From Candidatus Planktophila sp. (lineage in GTDB: Bacteria; Actinomycetota; Actinomycetes; Nanopelagicales; Nanopelagicaceae): a stretch of 40,462 nt of DNA. Position numbers and translations under genes: made by a program. The number at the start of each line of letters is the position of its first letter. Position 1 is the first letter of the stretch. Below are positions 20,760 through 28,785 of the stretch, piece by piece. The DNA is taken from positions 1 through 40,462 of the forward strand of contig JBJTKU010000086.1 of assembly GCA_046096605.1 (NCBI GenBank), written 5' to 3'. Below the pieces are notes generated by a model, which was given only the letters and a program-made list of their open reading frames with translations, was not told where the DNA came from and did no database searches.

Positions 20760-21194
20760 ATGGAAGAGATTGACAATAATCAGGGCATCACTCGCCGCGG
20801 TGCACTATGCGCACTCTCATTGGTGGGTGTTGGGATTCTGACTTCTCCAGCCAGCGCCGAAGCGGCAACAGGTGTCAAAGTGCTCGCATCAGGAAAAGTT
20901 CAGGTAACGCTTAAATCAAATCCTGCCTTAAGTAAAGTAGGCGGTCTCATTCGCATCGATGACGTTAAAGGAAAGTCGATTGCACTTGTTCGCACCTCGG
21001 CAAAGGTATACACGGCAGTTAATCTTCTTTGCACTCATTTTGGAGGACAGCTTCTCCAGACCGGAAACCAGTGGCAATGCCAAGAACATGGCGCAACTTT
21101 TACTTTGGCAGGAAAGAATCTAGTTGGTCCAGCCACTTCACCACTGAAACAGCTACCGGTGAAAGTTACCGCAACAGTCGTAACGATCGGCTAG
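20760..21194 (+). CDS. Tat-exported Rieske [2Fe-2S] protein
   Basis: ITRRGAL twin-arginine signal with an ASA/AEA cleavage region; CTH...CQEHG ligands. Confidence 0.88.
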   Translation: MEEIDNNQGITRRGALCALSLVGVGILTSPASAEAATGVKVLASGKVQVTLKSNPALSKVGGLIRIDDVKGKSIALVRTSAKVYTAVNLLCTHFGGQLLQTGNQWQCQEHGATFTLAGKNLVGPATSPLKQLPVKVTATVVTIG

Positions 21195-21827
21195 TTAAGA
21201 ACAAACTGTTTGAGCAGTTGTTTGGGCTGTACTTGATGCTGAAGTGAGAATTCCCAAATTACTCAACGCGGTAGCTCTTTGCTTCTTGAGCAGATTAATT
21301 TTTGAAGAGAAAGTTGTGATTTTTCTCTTCTCATAAATTATCGCAGAAGCCCAGCTCTTATTTGCTCGCTCAATGGTCTTGATAACTTCAGCGTTCTGTA
21401 CTTTATTTGCTGTATCTGCATTGAGTTTTGCTATTTTCGCGATGTTTGCATCAATTTTTCCTTGATGCTCTGCAACTGCGGCATCTACGAGAGGTGTGAT
21501 AACTGTGATCGTTTCTTGTAGCAGAGCAATTGCCTCATCTACAGTTGCGACTGTCTGATCTGTCTCGATTTTCGCTGCTGCGACGTTGCTCTGAGCTTTA
21601 ACAAAAGCGTTGACTGTATTGACGCAATCGGTGGTTCGCCATGTCAGCTTTGAATTCTTGACGAGTGCATATTTGACGCACTTGAAGGTTGAGCTACCTG
21701 ACTTAGTTGTGGCTCCTGCTTTAGAGCAAGGAGTTCCGTTCTTAACCGCAGCACTTGCCGGAGCAACGCTCAGAGTAAGAGAGACGAGAAGTGCGGCAGT
21801 TGATGCAGCCAGTACCTTGCGAAACAT
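21195..21827 (-). CDS. Secreted hypothetical protein: short Cys-paired N-terminal module plus coiled coil
   Basis: GGAGG RBS; signal peptide ending ASA; NGTPCSKAG...FKCVK...LTW; Ala/Lys-rich helical remainder. Confidence 0.75.
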   Translation of the reverse strand: MFRKVLAASTAALLVSLTLSVAPASAAVKNGTPCSKAGATTKSGSSTFKCVKYALVKNSKLTWRTTDCVNTVNAFVKAQSNVAAAKIETDQTVATVDEAIALLQETITVITPLVDAAVAEHQGKIDANIAKIAKLNADTANKVQNAEVIKTIERANKSWASAIIYEKRKITTFSSKINLLKKQRATALSNLGILTSASSTAQTTAQTVCS

Positions 21828-21898
21828 GTCAAACCTCCATAGACGATGGCTTAATGCTATCTAAGGTAGGGGTAAATTCAGTGAAAATCCTGTGAGAG

Positions 21899-22663
21899 TC
21901 AGCGTTGGCGTTTGCGAAGATTCATTCCCACTTTGCGCACAATCGCCCGCGGCATGATGGAGATAGTTGCAACTAAAAGTTTATATTGCCAACCCGGAAT
22001 GCTGACTGCTTTACCTGACTGGGCATCTGACCATGACTTTGCCACTAACTGGTCAGAATCGAGCCACATGAAAGATGGCAAGCCGCTCATCTTCATCCGA
22101 CCCCTTTGATGGAATTCGGTACGAGTAAAACCTGGGCAGAGAGCGCTGATCTTCACGTTGGTACCGCGCAGCTCAGTGTGAAGAGATTCTGAGAGAACTG
22201 TGAGGTATGACTTTGAGGCGCTATATGTGCCGCCAGCGATAAAACTGGCAACGGAAGAGACATTGATAATTGTTCCGCTCTTTCGCTCCTTCATTCCTGG
22301 AAGAATTGTATGCATCAAGCGCATTGGTGTTCGAACGAGTACGTCGAGAAGATCTTGCTCGGCGTTGAGATCACTGACGGTAAAAGCTTTGTTGATTCCG
22401 AAGCCTGCGTTATTGATTAACACTTCGATCTCAAACTCTTTGATGTAATCCTCCACCGCCGCACATCCTTCTGCAGTGGCTAAATCGGCAGGGAGCACAT
22501 ATGTCTGCACGCCGTACTTCTCGCGCAGTCCGGCTGCTCGTTCGTGAAGTCGGGCCTCGTCACGGGCGACAAGAGCGATATTAAAACCCTTGGATGCAAG
22601 TAAACGGGTAAAGCTCTCGCCAATACCTGCAGTTGCTCCAGTGACAAGTGCCCACTTCGACAT
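21899..22663 (-). CDS. Short-chain dehydrogenase/reductase (DltE-like)
   Basis: TGATAGIG, NNAG, YSASK catalytic motif; ATG 22663 lies 2 bp after the upstream stop. Confidence 0.92.
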   Translation of the reverse strand: MSKWALVTGATAGIGESFTRLLASKGFNIALVARDEARLHERAAGLREKYGVQTYVLPADLATAEGCAAVEDYIKEFEIEVLINNAGFGINKAFTVSDLNAEQDLLDVLVRTPMRLMHTILPGMKERKSGTIINVSSVASFIAGGTYSASKSYLTVLSESLHTELRGTNVKISALCPGFTRTEFHQRGRMKMSGLPSFMWLDSDQLVAKSWSDAQSGKAVSIPGWQYKLLVATISIMPRAIVRKVGMNLRKRQR

Positions 22664-22665
22664 CG

Positions 22666-23892
22666 TTACGCCTCTATCCCTGTTGTATCTTCTTCGCGGA
22701 TATGCCAACTGCTTCCGTATTCTGCAAGCAGATCAAGGAATGGCTTTGGTTCAAACCACTCAGGACCATTTACACCTTCTGGCTTCCAGATTCCCTTATG
22801 GATAAGTTCCAGTGCCATCATTGGATTTATTGCTGTCTGCCAAACAACTGCTTGGTCGCCATAATTCTCCATCGACCATGCGTTATCAACGACGTTATAG
22901 ATATAGACAGCCTTTGGTTTGCCGTTCTTATCAAGACCCTTCACCAAAGTTCCAGCACAAGTCTTGCCGCGCATGCGCTCGCCGAGCGTTGCAGGATCTG
23001 GAAGAGCGGCCGCAAGAAGATCTCGCGGTGAGACGCTTACGCCTTGCACATTGATTGAATCTTTACGATCCATACCGAGCATGTGAATTGTTTTTAGCGT
23101 TGAAATAAATTCAGAGCCAAGTCCGTACTTAAAGCGAACTTTCTTAGCATCGACTTTCTGTGGAATGAGTACAACTTCTTCATGTTCGACGTTGACGCAC
23201 TCAACCGGCCCGATTCCTTCAGGGAAATCAAAGACTTCAAGTTCGCTGAATGGTTCGGTGGTGTACCAACCGCGGCCATCTTCCCAAACCAACGGTGGGT
23301 TGAGACACTCTTCGATTGTTGTCCAGATTGAAAAAGATGGCGCGAAGTCAGCACCTTCAACGGTCAAGTTTGAGCCATCAAAGACAGTGACTTCATCAAG
23401 GCGTGAGAACAATTCATCGGATGCGTAACGAGCAAAGACATCGCTCATTCCAGGTTCTATACCCATACCAACAACTGCGTAGATACCACGTTCTGACCAA
23501 TTCCAATCGCGAGCAAACTGCTCATCGCCGAGTTTTACGCCAGTTTCAGAGTTTGGATAGTGAGGATGTGGGCGGGACAAAGACATCGCCATATCCATGT
23601 AATTAGTATTTTCGATTTCACATGCCAAAAAGATAGGCATAACAAAACGCGGATCTACCGCGTTAATGACAATATCTGGTCGGGCCTTGCGAATGAGAGC
23701 GCGTATGTCCTCAAGTTCTGCAGCATTCACCTCCGCTGCTGAAAATCGTGAATCCTTAACCTTTGCTATTACGGCTTCAGCTCGTGACAGATTGCGATCG
23801 GAAATGACCATTTGAGTAATAAATGGTCTACGTGATGCGATATTTGCGATTGCACTGCCAACTCCGCCTGCGCCGATAACGAGCGCTTTCAT
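22666..23892 (-). CDS. Saccharopine dehydrogenase family protein (possible carboxyspermidine-dehydrogenase-like)
   Basis: MKALVIGAGGVG Rossmann fold, YMDMA, GMGIEPG, FSIWTTIEEC, VEHEEV; GAGAGG RBS before ATG 23892. Confidence 0.85.
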   Translation of the reverse strand: MKALVIGAGGVGSAIANIASRRPFITQMVISDRNLSRAEAVIAKVKDSRFSAAEVNAAELEDIRALIRKARPDIVINAVDPRFVMPIFLACEIENTNYMDMAMSLSRPHPHYPNSETGVKLGDEQFARDWNWSERGIYAVVGMGIEPGMSDVFARYASDELFSRLDEVTVFDGSNLTVEGADFAPSFSIWTTIEECLNPPLVWEDGRGWYTTEPFSELEVFDFPEGIGPVECVNVEHEEVVLIPQKVDAKKVRFKYGLGSEFISTLKTIHMLGMDRKDSINVQGVSVSPRDLLAAALPDPATLGERMRGKTCAGTLVKGLDKNGKPKAVYIYNVVDNAWSMENYGDQAVVWQTAINPMMALELIHKGIWKPEGVNGPEWFEPKPFLDLLAEYGSSWHIREEDTTGIEA

Positions 23893-23994
23893 GGGTGGCC
23901 TCTCATATTGTCTTACACGCGCTCCGAGTGAGCGCATTTAGCGTAGGTTATCTCTCGCGCTAACCTTTGCCAAGTACAGCAAGAATCAGGGTAA

Positions 23995-24070
23995 GTCCCC
24001 GTAGCTCAGTGGATAGAGCAACCGCCTCCTAAGCGGTAGGTCGCAGGTTCAACTCCCGCCGGGGACACCA
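23995..24070 (+). tRNA. tRNA-Arg(CCT)
   Basis: 76 nt: acceptor stem GTCCCCG/CGGGGAC, D-arm TAGCTCAGTGGATAGAGC, anticodon arm ACCGC-ctCCTaa-GCGGT, T-loop GGTTCAACT, encoded CCA. Confidence 0.97.
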
Positions 24071-24148
24071 ATAATTGAAAAAGTGATTCACAGACAGTAC
24101 TCAGTTCAATTTGAGTGGATATTGATTTAATAATGAAAGGTTTGGGGA

Positions 24149-24793
24149 ATGAGAAAAATAATTACTGCAATTATCGCTACCTTTACTTCGATATTTACAC
24201 TTTTAGCACCTGCTGAAGCTGCGGTGGCAGAGTGCGCCCCTACTCAAGCTATTGAAGAAGGACCTTACTATCTTTCGAGTACTCCAACCCGAAAAGATGT
24301 AACAGATGGGCAGGCTGGAAAGTCACTTACTCTCAAATTTAAAGTGCTAGATAATAAATGTAAGGCGATAAAGAATGCCCGGGTAGATATTTGGTATGCC
24401 AACGCACAGGGGATTTACTCTGGTGTTGCTTCTCGTGGGGATGATCTTGGCGCAGGAGTAAATTCTGGAAATTTCCTAAGAGGAACTCAATATAGTAATT
24501 CCAAAGGTGAAGTTACCTTTAAAGGAATTTATCCAGGTTGGTATCCGGCGCGGACAATCCACATTCATCAAAAGATTTGGGTGGGTGCAAAAGAGGTGTT
24601 GACCACTCAGACATACTTTACGGATAAAGAGAATGCGGCAGTAATGGCGACATTGCCTTACAGCACACGAGGAGCGCAACGAGTAACCAATTCGACCGAT
24701 ATGGTCCTCAATCGTGGGGGAATATCCCTAAAAGATGCTCTAATGAAACTCTCTGGTTCTACAGCTAGTTTTACCTTTGTCGTTAACCTTTAA
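24149..24793 (+). CDS. Secreted intradiol ring-cleavage dioxygenase-like protein
   Basis: Signal peptide; EGPYY, VDIWYANAQGIYS, FLRG.Q, YPGWYPARTIHIH (Tyr/Tyr/His/His iron ligands), TTQTYF. Confidence 0.85.
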   Translation: MRKIITAIIATFTSIFTLLAPAEAAVAECAPTQAIEEGPYYLSSTPTRKDVTDGQAGKSLTLKFKVLDNKCKAIKNARVDIWYANAQGIYSGVASRGDDLGAGVNSGNFLRGTQYSNSKGEVTFKGIYPGWYPARTIHIHQKIWVGAKEVLTTQTYFTDKENAAVMATLPYSTRGAQRVTNSTDMVLNRGGISLKDALMKLSGSTASFTFVVNL

Positions 24794-25629
24794 GAAAACA
24801 CAACGGTACGTTGGCCGACGATAAAGATTCGGTCTTGAGCAAATAGCTTGACTGCTTTTGCAAGCACTCGTCTTTCAATATCGCGACCCAGTGCAATGAG
24901 ATCTTCGGGTGTAGATGTATGTGACACATGTGCAACATCTTGTTCAATGATTGGACCCTCATCAAGATCTGCAGTCACAAAGTGGGCTGTTGCACCAATG
25001 ATCTTCACGCCACGTGCATGTGCCTGGTGGTACGGCTTTGCACCTTTAAACCCAGGCAAGAATGAATGGTGAATGTTAATGATGCGCCCAGGTAGTGCTG
25101 CGCAGAAATCATTGGAAAGCACCTGCATAAATCGGGCAAGTACAACAAAATCGATGTTTTGTTCTTTAACTAGTGCAAGAAGCTCTCTCTCTTGTTCAAC
25201 TTTATTCGATGCCGTCACTGGTAGGTGTACAAATGTGAAACCATGTGATTCGACTAGGCTTCGTAGATCTTCGTGGTTTGATACAACCACAGGAATTTCT
25301 ATCGGCAGCTCACCGAGTTCAAGAAGATAGAGCAGATCTCGAAGACAGTGGCTCTCTTTTGTAACAAGAACTAGAGCGCGTGGCTTGCTCTGAGTCGGCC
25401 GGATATGCAGAGTTGGTGAGAACTTTCCAAGTCCTTCATTGAGGCTCTTCTGCGCAGCTTCAAGACCCTGACTAGTTTCAAAGCGTGTACGCATTACAAA
25501 AGTATTAGTTGGCTCATCGGTAAATTGTTGGTTCTCGATGATATTTCCACCGCAAGCAAGAACAGCACTTGTCATCGCATGCACGATGCCTGGCTGATCT
25601 GCGCATTGCAGCGTAGCGATGAGATCCAT
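24790..25629 (-). CDS. purU: Formyltetrahydrofolate deformylase
   Basis: ACT domain C.DQPGIV; LARFMQVLS; INIHHSFLPGFKGAKPYHQA..RGVK.IGATAH; LDEGPIIEQ. Confidence 0.97.
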   Translation of the reverse strand: MDLIATLQCADQPGIVHAMTSAVLACGGNIIENQQFTDEPTNTFVMRTRFETSQGLEAAQKSLNEGLGKFSPTLHIRPTQSKPRALVLVTKESHCLRDLLYLLELGELPIEIPVVVSNHEDLRSLVESHGFTFVHLPVTASNKVEQERELLALVKEQNIDFVVLARFMQVLSNDFCAALPGRIINIHHSFLPGFKGAKPYHQAHARGVKIIGATAHFVTADLDEGPIIEQDVAHVSHTSTPEDLIALGRDIERRVLAKAVKLFAQDRIFIVGQRTVVFS

Positions 25630-25648
25630 GGCCTTAGCCTAAGGGCTA

Positions 25649-27757
25649 CTAGTGAGTCAGAGTAAATCTGCGCAAGCTCTTTGGAGCCCACCAGTTACGT
25701 TCGCCGAATAGACGCATTAACGCTGGGACAAGAAGTGCGCGGACTAAGGTGGCATCTAAGAGAACGGCAAAGGAGACACCGAAACCGAGCATCTTGATGG
25801 ATGTAACACCACTAGTCATAAAGGCGGCAAATACAACGGCTAACAGAAGAGCTGCGGCTGTGATGATTCGCGCCGAACGCTGTAACCCTGTTGCAACTGA
25901 TTCAACATTTGATCTACCTTGCAAATGCTCTTCTCTAATGCGTGAGAGTAAAAAGAGTTCATAATCCATGGAAAGTCCGAATACAACAACGGCGACCAAT
26001 ATCACTGAACCCGTATCAAGCGTCCCTGTTACCGTGAAATCTCCAACCAACCATTTCAAATGACCATCGATAAAGATCCACGTGATTGCACCAAGGGTTG
26101 CAACAAGTGAAAGTCCATTGAGCAAAACAGCTTTGATCGGCAGAATAATTGAACCGGTAAAGATGAAGATCAGGATAAAGACTGCAAGTCCAATCCAACC
26201 CAACGCCCATGGAAGCGTGCGGGCAATTCCCCCTTGTGAATCAGTGAAGTCGGCTGCCGCTCCACCAATCAATAAACCTTCTGGTTTATCAAGTGCGCGG
26301 AGTTCTTTAATGATGCGTTCTGCGTCTAGCGTGCGGGAACTTGTACCAGGAATAATTTGCACGCGGATATCTTTATCTGCATATTCAAGTTGGCCGACAC
26401 GAGATATTCCATCTACTTGTTCGGCAGCAGCTAGAAATGAATTGAGTTCGGTTTCTTTTCCTGCACCACTTGGAAGAATCACTTCAATCGGAGAGCCCTC
26501 AAAACTGGCAAAGCGATCTTCGATAATTTGAGAACTAATCGCTGCAGGGTCAGTGGCTGGGAGGACGCGAGAATCAACCTGAGCAAATGCGATATTTGCA
26601 ACCGGTAGAGCGAGAATGCCAAGTAGAGCTAGGCTGGCAATGACAACCGGAACAGGCTTAGCCATTACAGCTCTTGCAGTTTTTGCCCAACGCCCGTCTT
26701 CCTTAGGAGTCAGTGCGCTCTTTCGCGTTACACCTTTATCCACACGCTTTCCAAGAATTGCTAGCAGCGCTGGTAACGGAATAAGTGCTCCAAAAATCGC
26801 AAACAGTGTGACCACAACTCCTGCATAGCCAAAGGATTTAAGAAAGTTCAAGGGAAATAACAAGAGCGCACTGAGTGTAACCATCACTGTAAGTCCCGAG
26901 TAAAAGACGGTCTTACCTGCAGTTCCCACAGTGATAATTGCGCTCTCTTCCACACTCTTGCCGTTATGGAGTTCTTCTCTAAAGCGATTGACGATCAAGA
27001 GGGCATAATCGATACCAAGACCAAGACCGAGACCGGTGATCAGGTTGAGGGCAAATACGCTAACATCGGTGGCAAGGGTTAATAGATAAGTAACAAAGAA
27101 TGAGCCCAAGATTGCTCCTACGCCCACTACCAAAGGCATCGCAGATGCGACTAGCGCACCGAAGACAAAGGCCAGGAGAATAAATGTCAGCGGAATTGCA
27201 ATTCCTTCGGCAAGAAGGAGATCATCTTTAATCTTCGAGTTGATTGCATTAGTAACAACACCGCCACCTGCTGCATATACATCGAGAGATTTAAACTCTC
27301 CATCAAAATTGTCGGCAATAGTTTTACCGATAGCGCCGTAGCCTTCAAAGTCGAAATTTTCGATATCGGCATAGATAAAGAGGAAGGCGGCCTTACCGTC
27401 AGTTGATTTAAGGCTAGGCGCGCCGCCTGTTGACCAGTATGAAAGTGTGCGTTTAATTCCCTTTGTAGTTGCTACTTCAATCTCAAGTAAAGAAGCTTCT
27501 TGAGCTACTGCTGGATCATCAACAGATCTAGTACCGGCATCAATGACAAGAATTGCAACTGGATCCTGCACTTTGAAGGTGTCGGTGATGTAGTCGGCAG
27601 CTTTAGCAGATTCTGAGTTGAGATCTGAGTATCCACCTGAGTCAAGTCGGTTAAACGAGAGCGAACCGATTCCACCTGCGATCAATATTGCGATGATGTA
27701 GGTGATTAAAACGCTCTTACGGTGACCTACAATAAATGAACCAAGTCGCATAAACAT
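25649..27757 (-). CDS. MMPL/RND family membrane transporter
   Basis: Two repeats carrying GLGIDYAL..V.RFREE and FGLSMDYE.FLLSRIREE; LDATLVR.LLVPA. Confidence 0.92.
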   Translation of the reverse strand: MFMRLGSFIVGHRKSVLITYIIAILIAGGIGSLSFNRLDSGGYSDLNSESAKAADYITDTFKVQDPVAILVIDAGTRSVDDPAVAQEASLLEIEVATTKGIKRTLSYWSTGGAPSLKSTDGKAAFLFIYADIENFDFEGYGAIGKTIADNFDGEFKSLDVYAAGGGVVTNAINSKIKDDLLLAEGIAIPLTFILLAFVFGALVASAMPLVVGVGAILGSFFVTYLLTLATDVSVFALNLITGLGLGLGIDYALLIVNRFREELHNGKSVEESAIITVGTAGKTVFYSGLTVMVTLSALLLFPLNFLKSFGYAGVVVTLFAIFGALIPLPALLAILGKRVDKGVTRKSALTPKEDGRWAKTARAVMAKPVPVVIASLALLGILALPVANIAFAQVDSRVLPATDPAAISSQIIEDRFASFEGSPIEVILPSGAGKETELNSFLAAAEQVDGISRVGQLEYADKDIRVQIIPGTSSRTLDAERIIKELRALDKPEGLLIGGAAADFTDSQGGIARTLPWALGWIGLAVFILIFIFTGSIILPIKAVLLNGLSLVATLGAITWIFIDGHLKWLVGDFTVTGTLDTGSVILVAVVVFGLSMDYELFLLSRIREEHLQGRSNVESVATGLQRSARIITAAALLLAVVFAAFMTSGVTSIKMLGFGVSFAVLLDATLVRALLVPALMRLFGERNWWAPKSLRRFTLTH

Positions 27758-27784
27758 GGGCTAAGTATGTACTATGTGATTCTT

Positions 27785-27898
27785 ATGAGCGATTTATTCC
27801 CGTCAACGACCGAGGACGAACGCGATCCGCGTGAAGATATTGATACAAAACGTGACGAAGATATCAAAGCCGATAAGCCGCCACACCACAACGATTAA
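27785..27898 (+). CDS. Small acidic 37-aa protein ending in KPPHHND
   Basis: Below the ORF-track cutoff. MSDLFPSTTEDERDPREDIDTKRDEDIKADKPPHHND* fills the gap between MMPL and fmdB. Confidence 0.65.
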   Translation: MSDLFPSTTEDERDPREDIDTKRDEDIKADKPPHHND

Positions 27899-27917
27899 AG
27901 ATGATTAGCAAGAGGAA

Positions 27918-28121
27918 TCAGTCAGAGCTTGCTGTTGGCGCAGGTTTTGCAGAATCGGTCTTATAAAATCCTGAACCTTTGAAGACAATACCGACGTTAG
28001 AAAAAACTTTCCTAATTTCCCCTTGGCATTCTGGGCAGACGGTCAGAGCATCTTCTGAAAAGGATTGAACTGCCTCAAAGGCATGGTCGCAGGCGGTACA
28101 CGCGTATTGATATGTAGGCAT
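27918..28121 (-). CDS. FmdB-family zinc-ribbon protein (Rv0991c/Ruc-like)
   Basis: MPTYQYACTAC...CPECQG...GIVFKGSGFYKTD; AAGGGA SD before ATG 28121. Confidence 0.92.
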   Translation of the reverse strand: MPTYQYACTACDHAFEAVQSFSEDALTVCPECQGEIRKVFSNVGIVFKGSGFYKTDSAKPAPTASSD

Positions 28122-28150
28122 CGTCACATTCCCTTCGAAGCTCTAGATAA

Positions 28151-28170
28151 AGTGAGGAATTTTCCTCACT
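28151..28170. promoter_or_regulatory. 20-bp palindrome between divergent fmdB and copC (candidate operator)
   Basis: AGTGAGGAA-tt-TTCCTCACT with perfect 9-bp arms; function unproven. Confidence 0.45.
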
Positions 28171-28246
28171 AGGGGTAGATGCTTAGTCTAAAGAAGTGAG
28201 ACTATAGATGCGAATTGAGCGCTACTAGGTGAGCTGGAGGCATACG

Positions 28247-28783
28247 GTGAAGAGTTCAATCAAGGCGTTAGCAGGTCTTGTCGCAGTCTTCACATTTGTT
28301 TTTGCTCCAGTAGCCCAAGCAAATACATTGGTTGCAACAAGCCCAATTGCCGGCTCAACGCTTAAAGCTGGACCTAGTGCAATCACAATCACTACTGAAT
28401 TTCCACTCATTGAAGAAGGAAATGAGATCGTCGTTACCGATCCCAACGGCAAAAGAGTTGATACAGGAATCCTAACTGTTCTTGGGACAGATGCCGTTGC
28501 AGAGATGAAACCACTTGAGACTTCGGGTCTTTATAAAGTTTCATACCTCTTGCTCGCAGAAGCAGATCTCCCGTTGGAAGGTTCCTTTACATTTACTTAT
28601 TCAGCAGCTGTAATTTCTACTCCATCTGCTAGTTCTAACCCACAGCCTTCTGCTTCATCTACAGCTGAACCTGTTGGAAGCAATTTTGGAACAAACCTCT
28701 TTGTTATCTTCCTTCTAGGACTTTCGTTTCTAGTTCTGATCGGAATGGGTGCATACGCACGTAAGATATTTAAAGAGAGATAG
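28247..28783 (+). CDS. copC: CopC-family protein with C-terminal membrane anchor (lacks His ligands)
   Basis: GGAGG SD before GTG 28247; signal peptide AQA; LVATSP..GSTL, V.DPNG.RVD, G.YKVSY, EGSFTF; Ser/Pro linker and C-terminal TM; directly upstream of the copD fusion. Confidence 0.78.
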   Translation: MKSSIKALAGLVAVFTFVFAPVAQANTLVATSPIAGSTLKAGPSAITITTEFPLIEEGNEIVVTDPNGKRVDTGILTVLGTDAVAEMKPLETSGLYKVSYLLLAEADLPLEGSFTFTYSAAVISTPSASSNPQPSASSTAEPVGSNFGTNLFVIFLLGLSFLVLIGMGAYARKIFKER

Positions 28784-28785
28784 CA

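Noticed and set aside
23893-23994. Riboswitch in the saccharopine dehydrogenase leader (GCGCTC/GAGCGC hairpin at 23919-23935)
   Set aside because: Only a 6-bp stem in about 100 bp that must also hold two divergent promoters; no recognisable aptamer consensus.
23995-24793. Prophage or integrative element at tRNA-Arg
   Set aside because: No integrase or phage genes, and I found no duplicated tRNA 3' end in the window.
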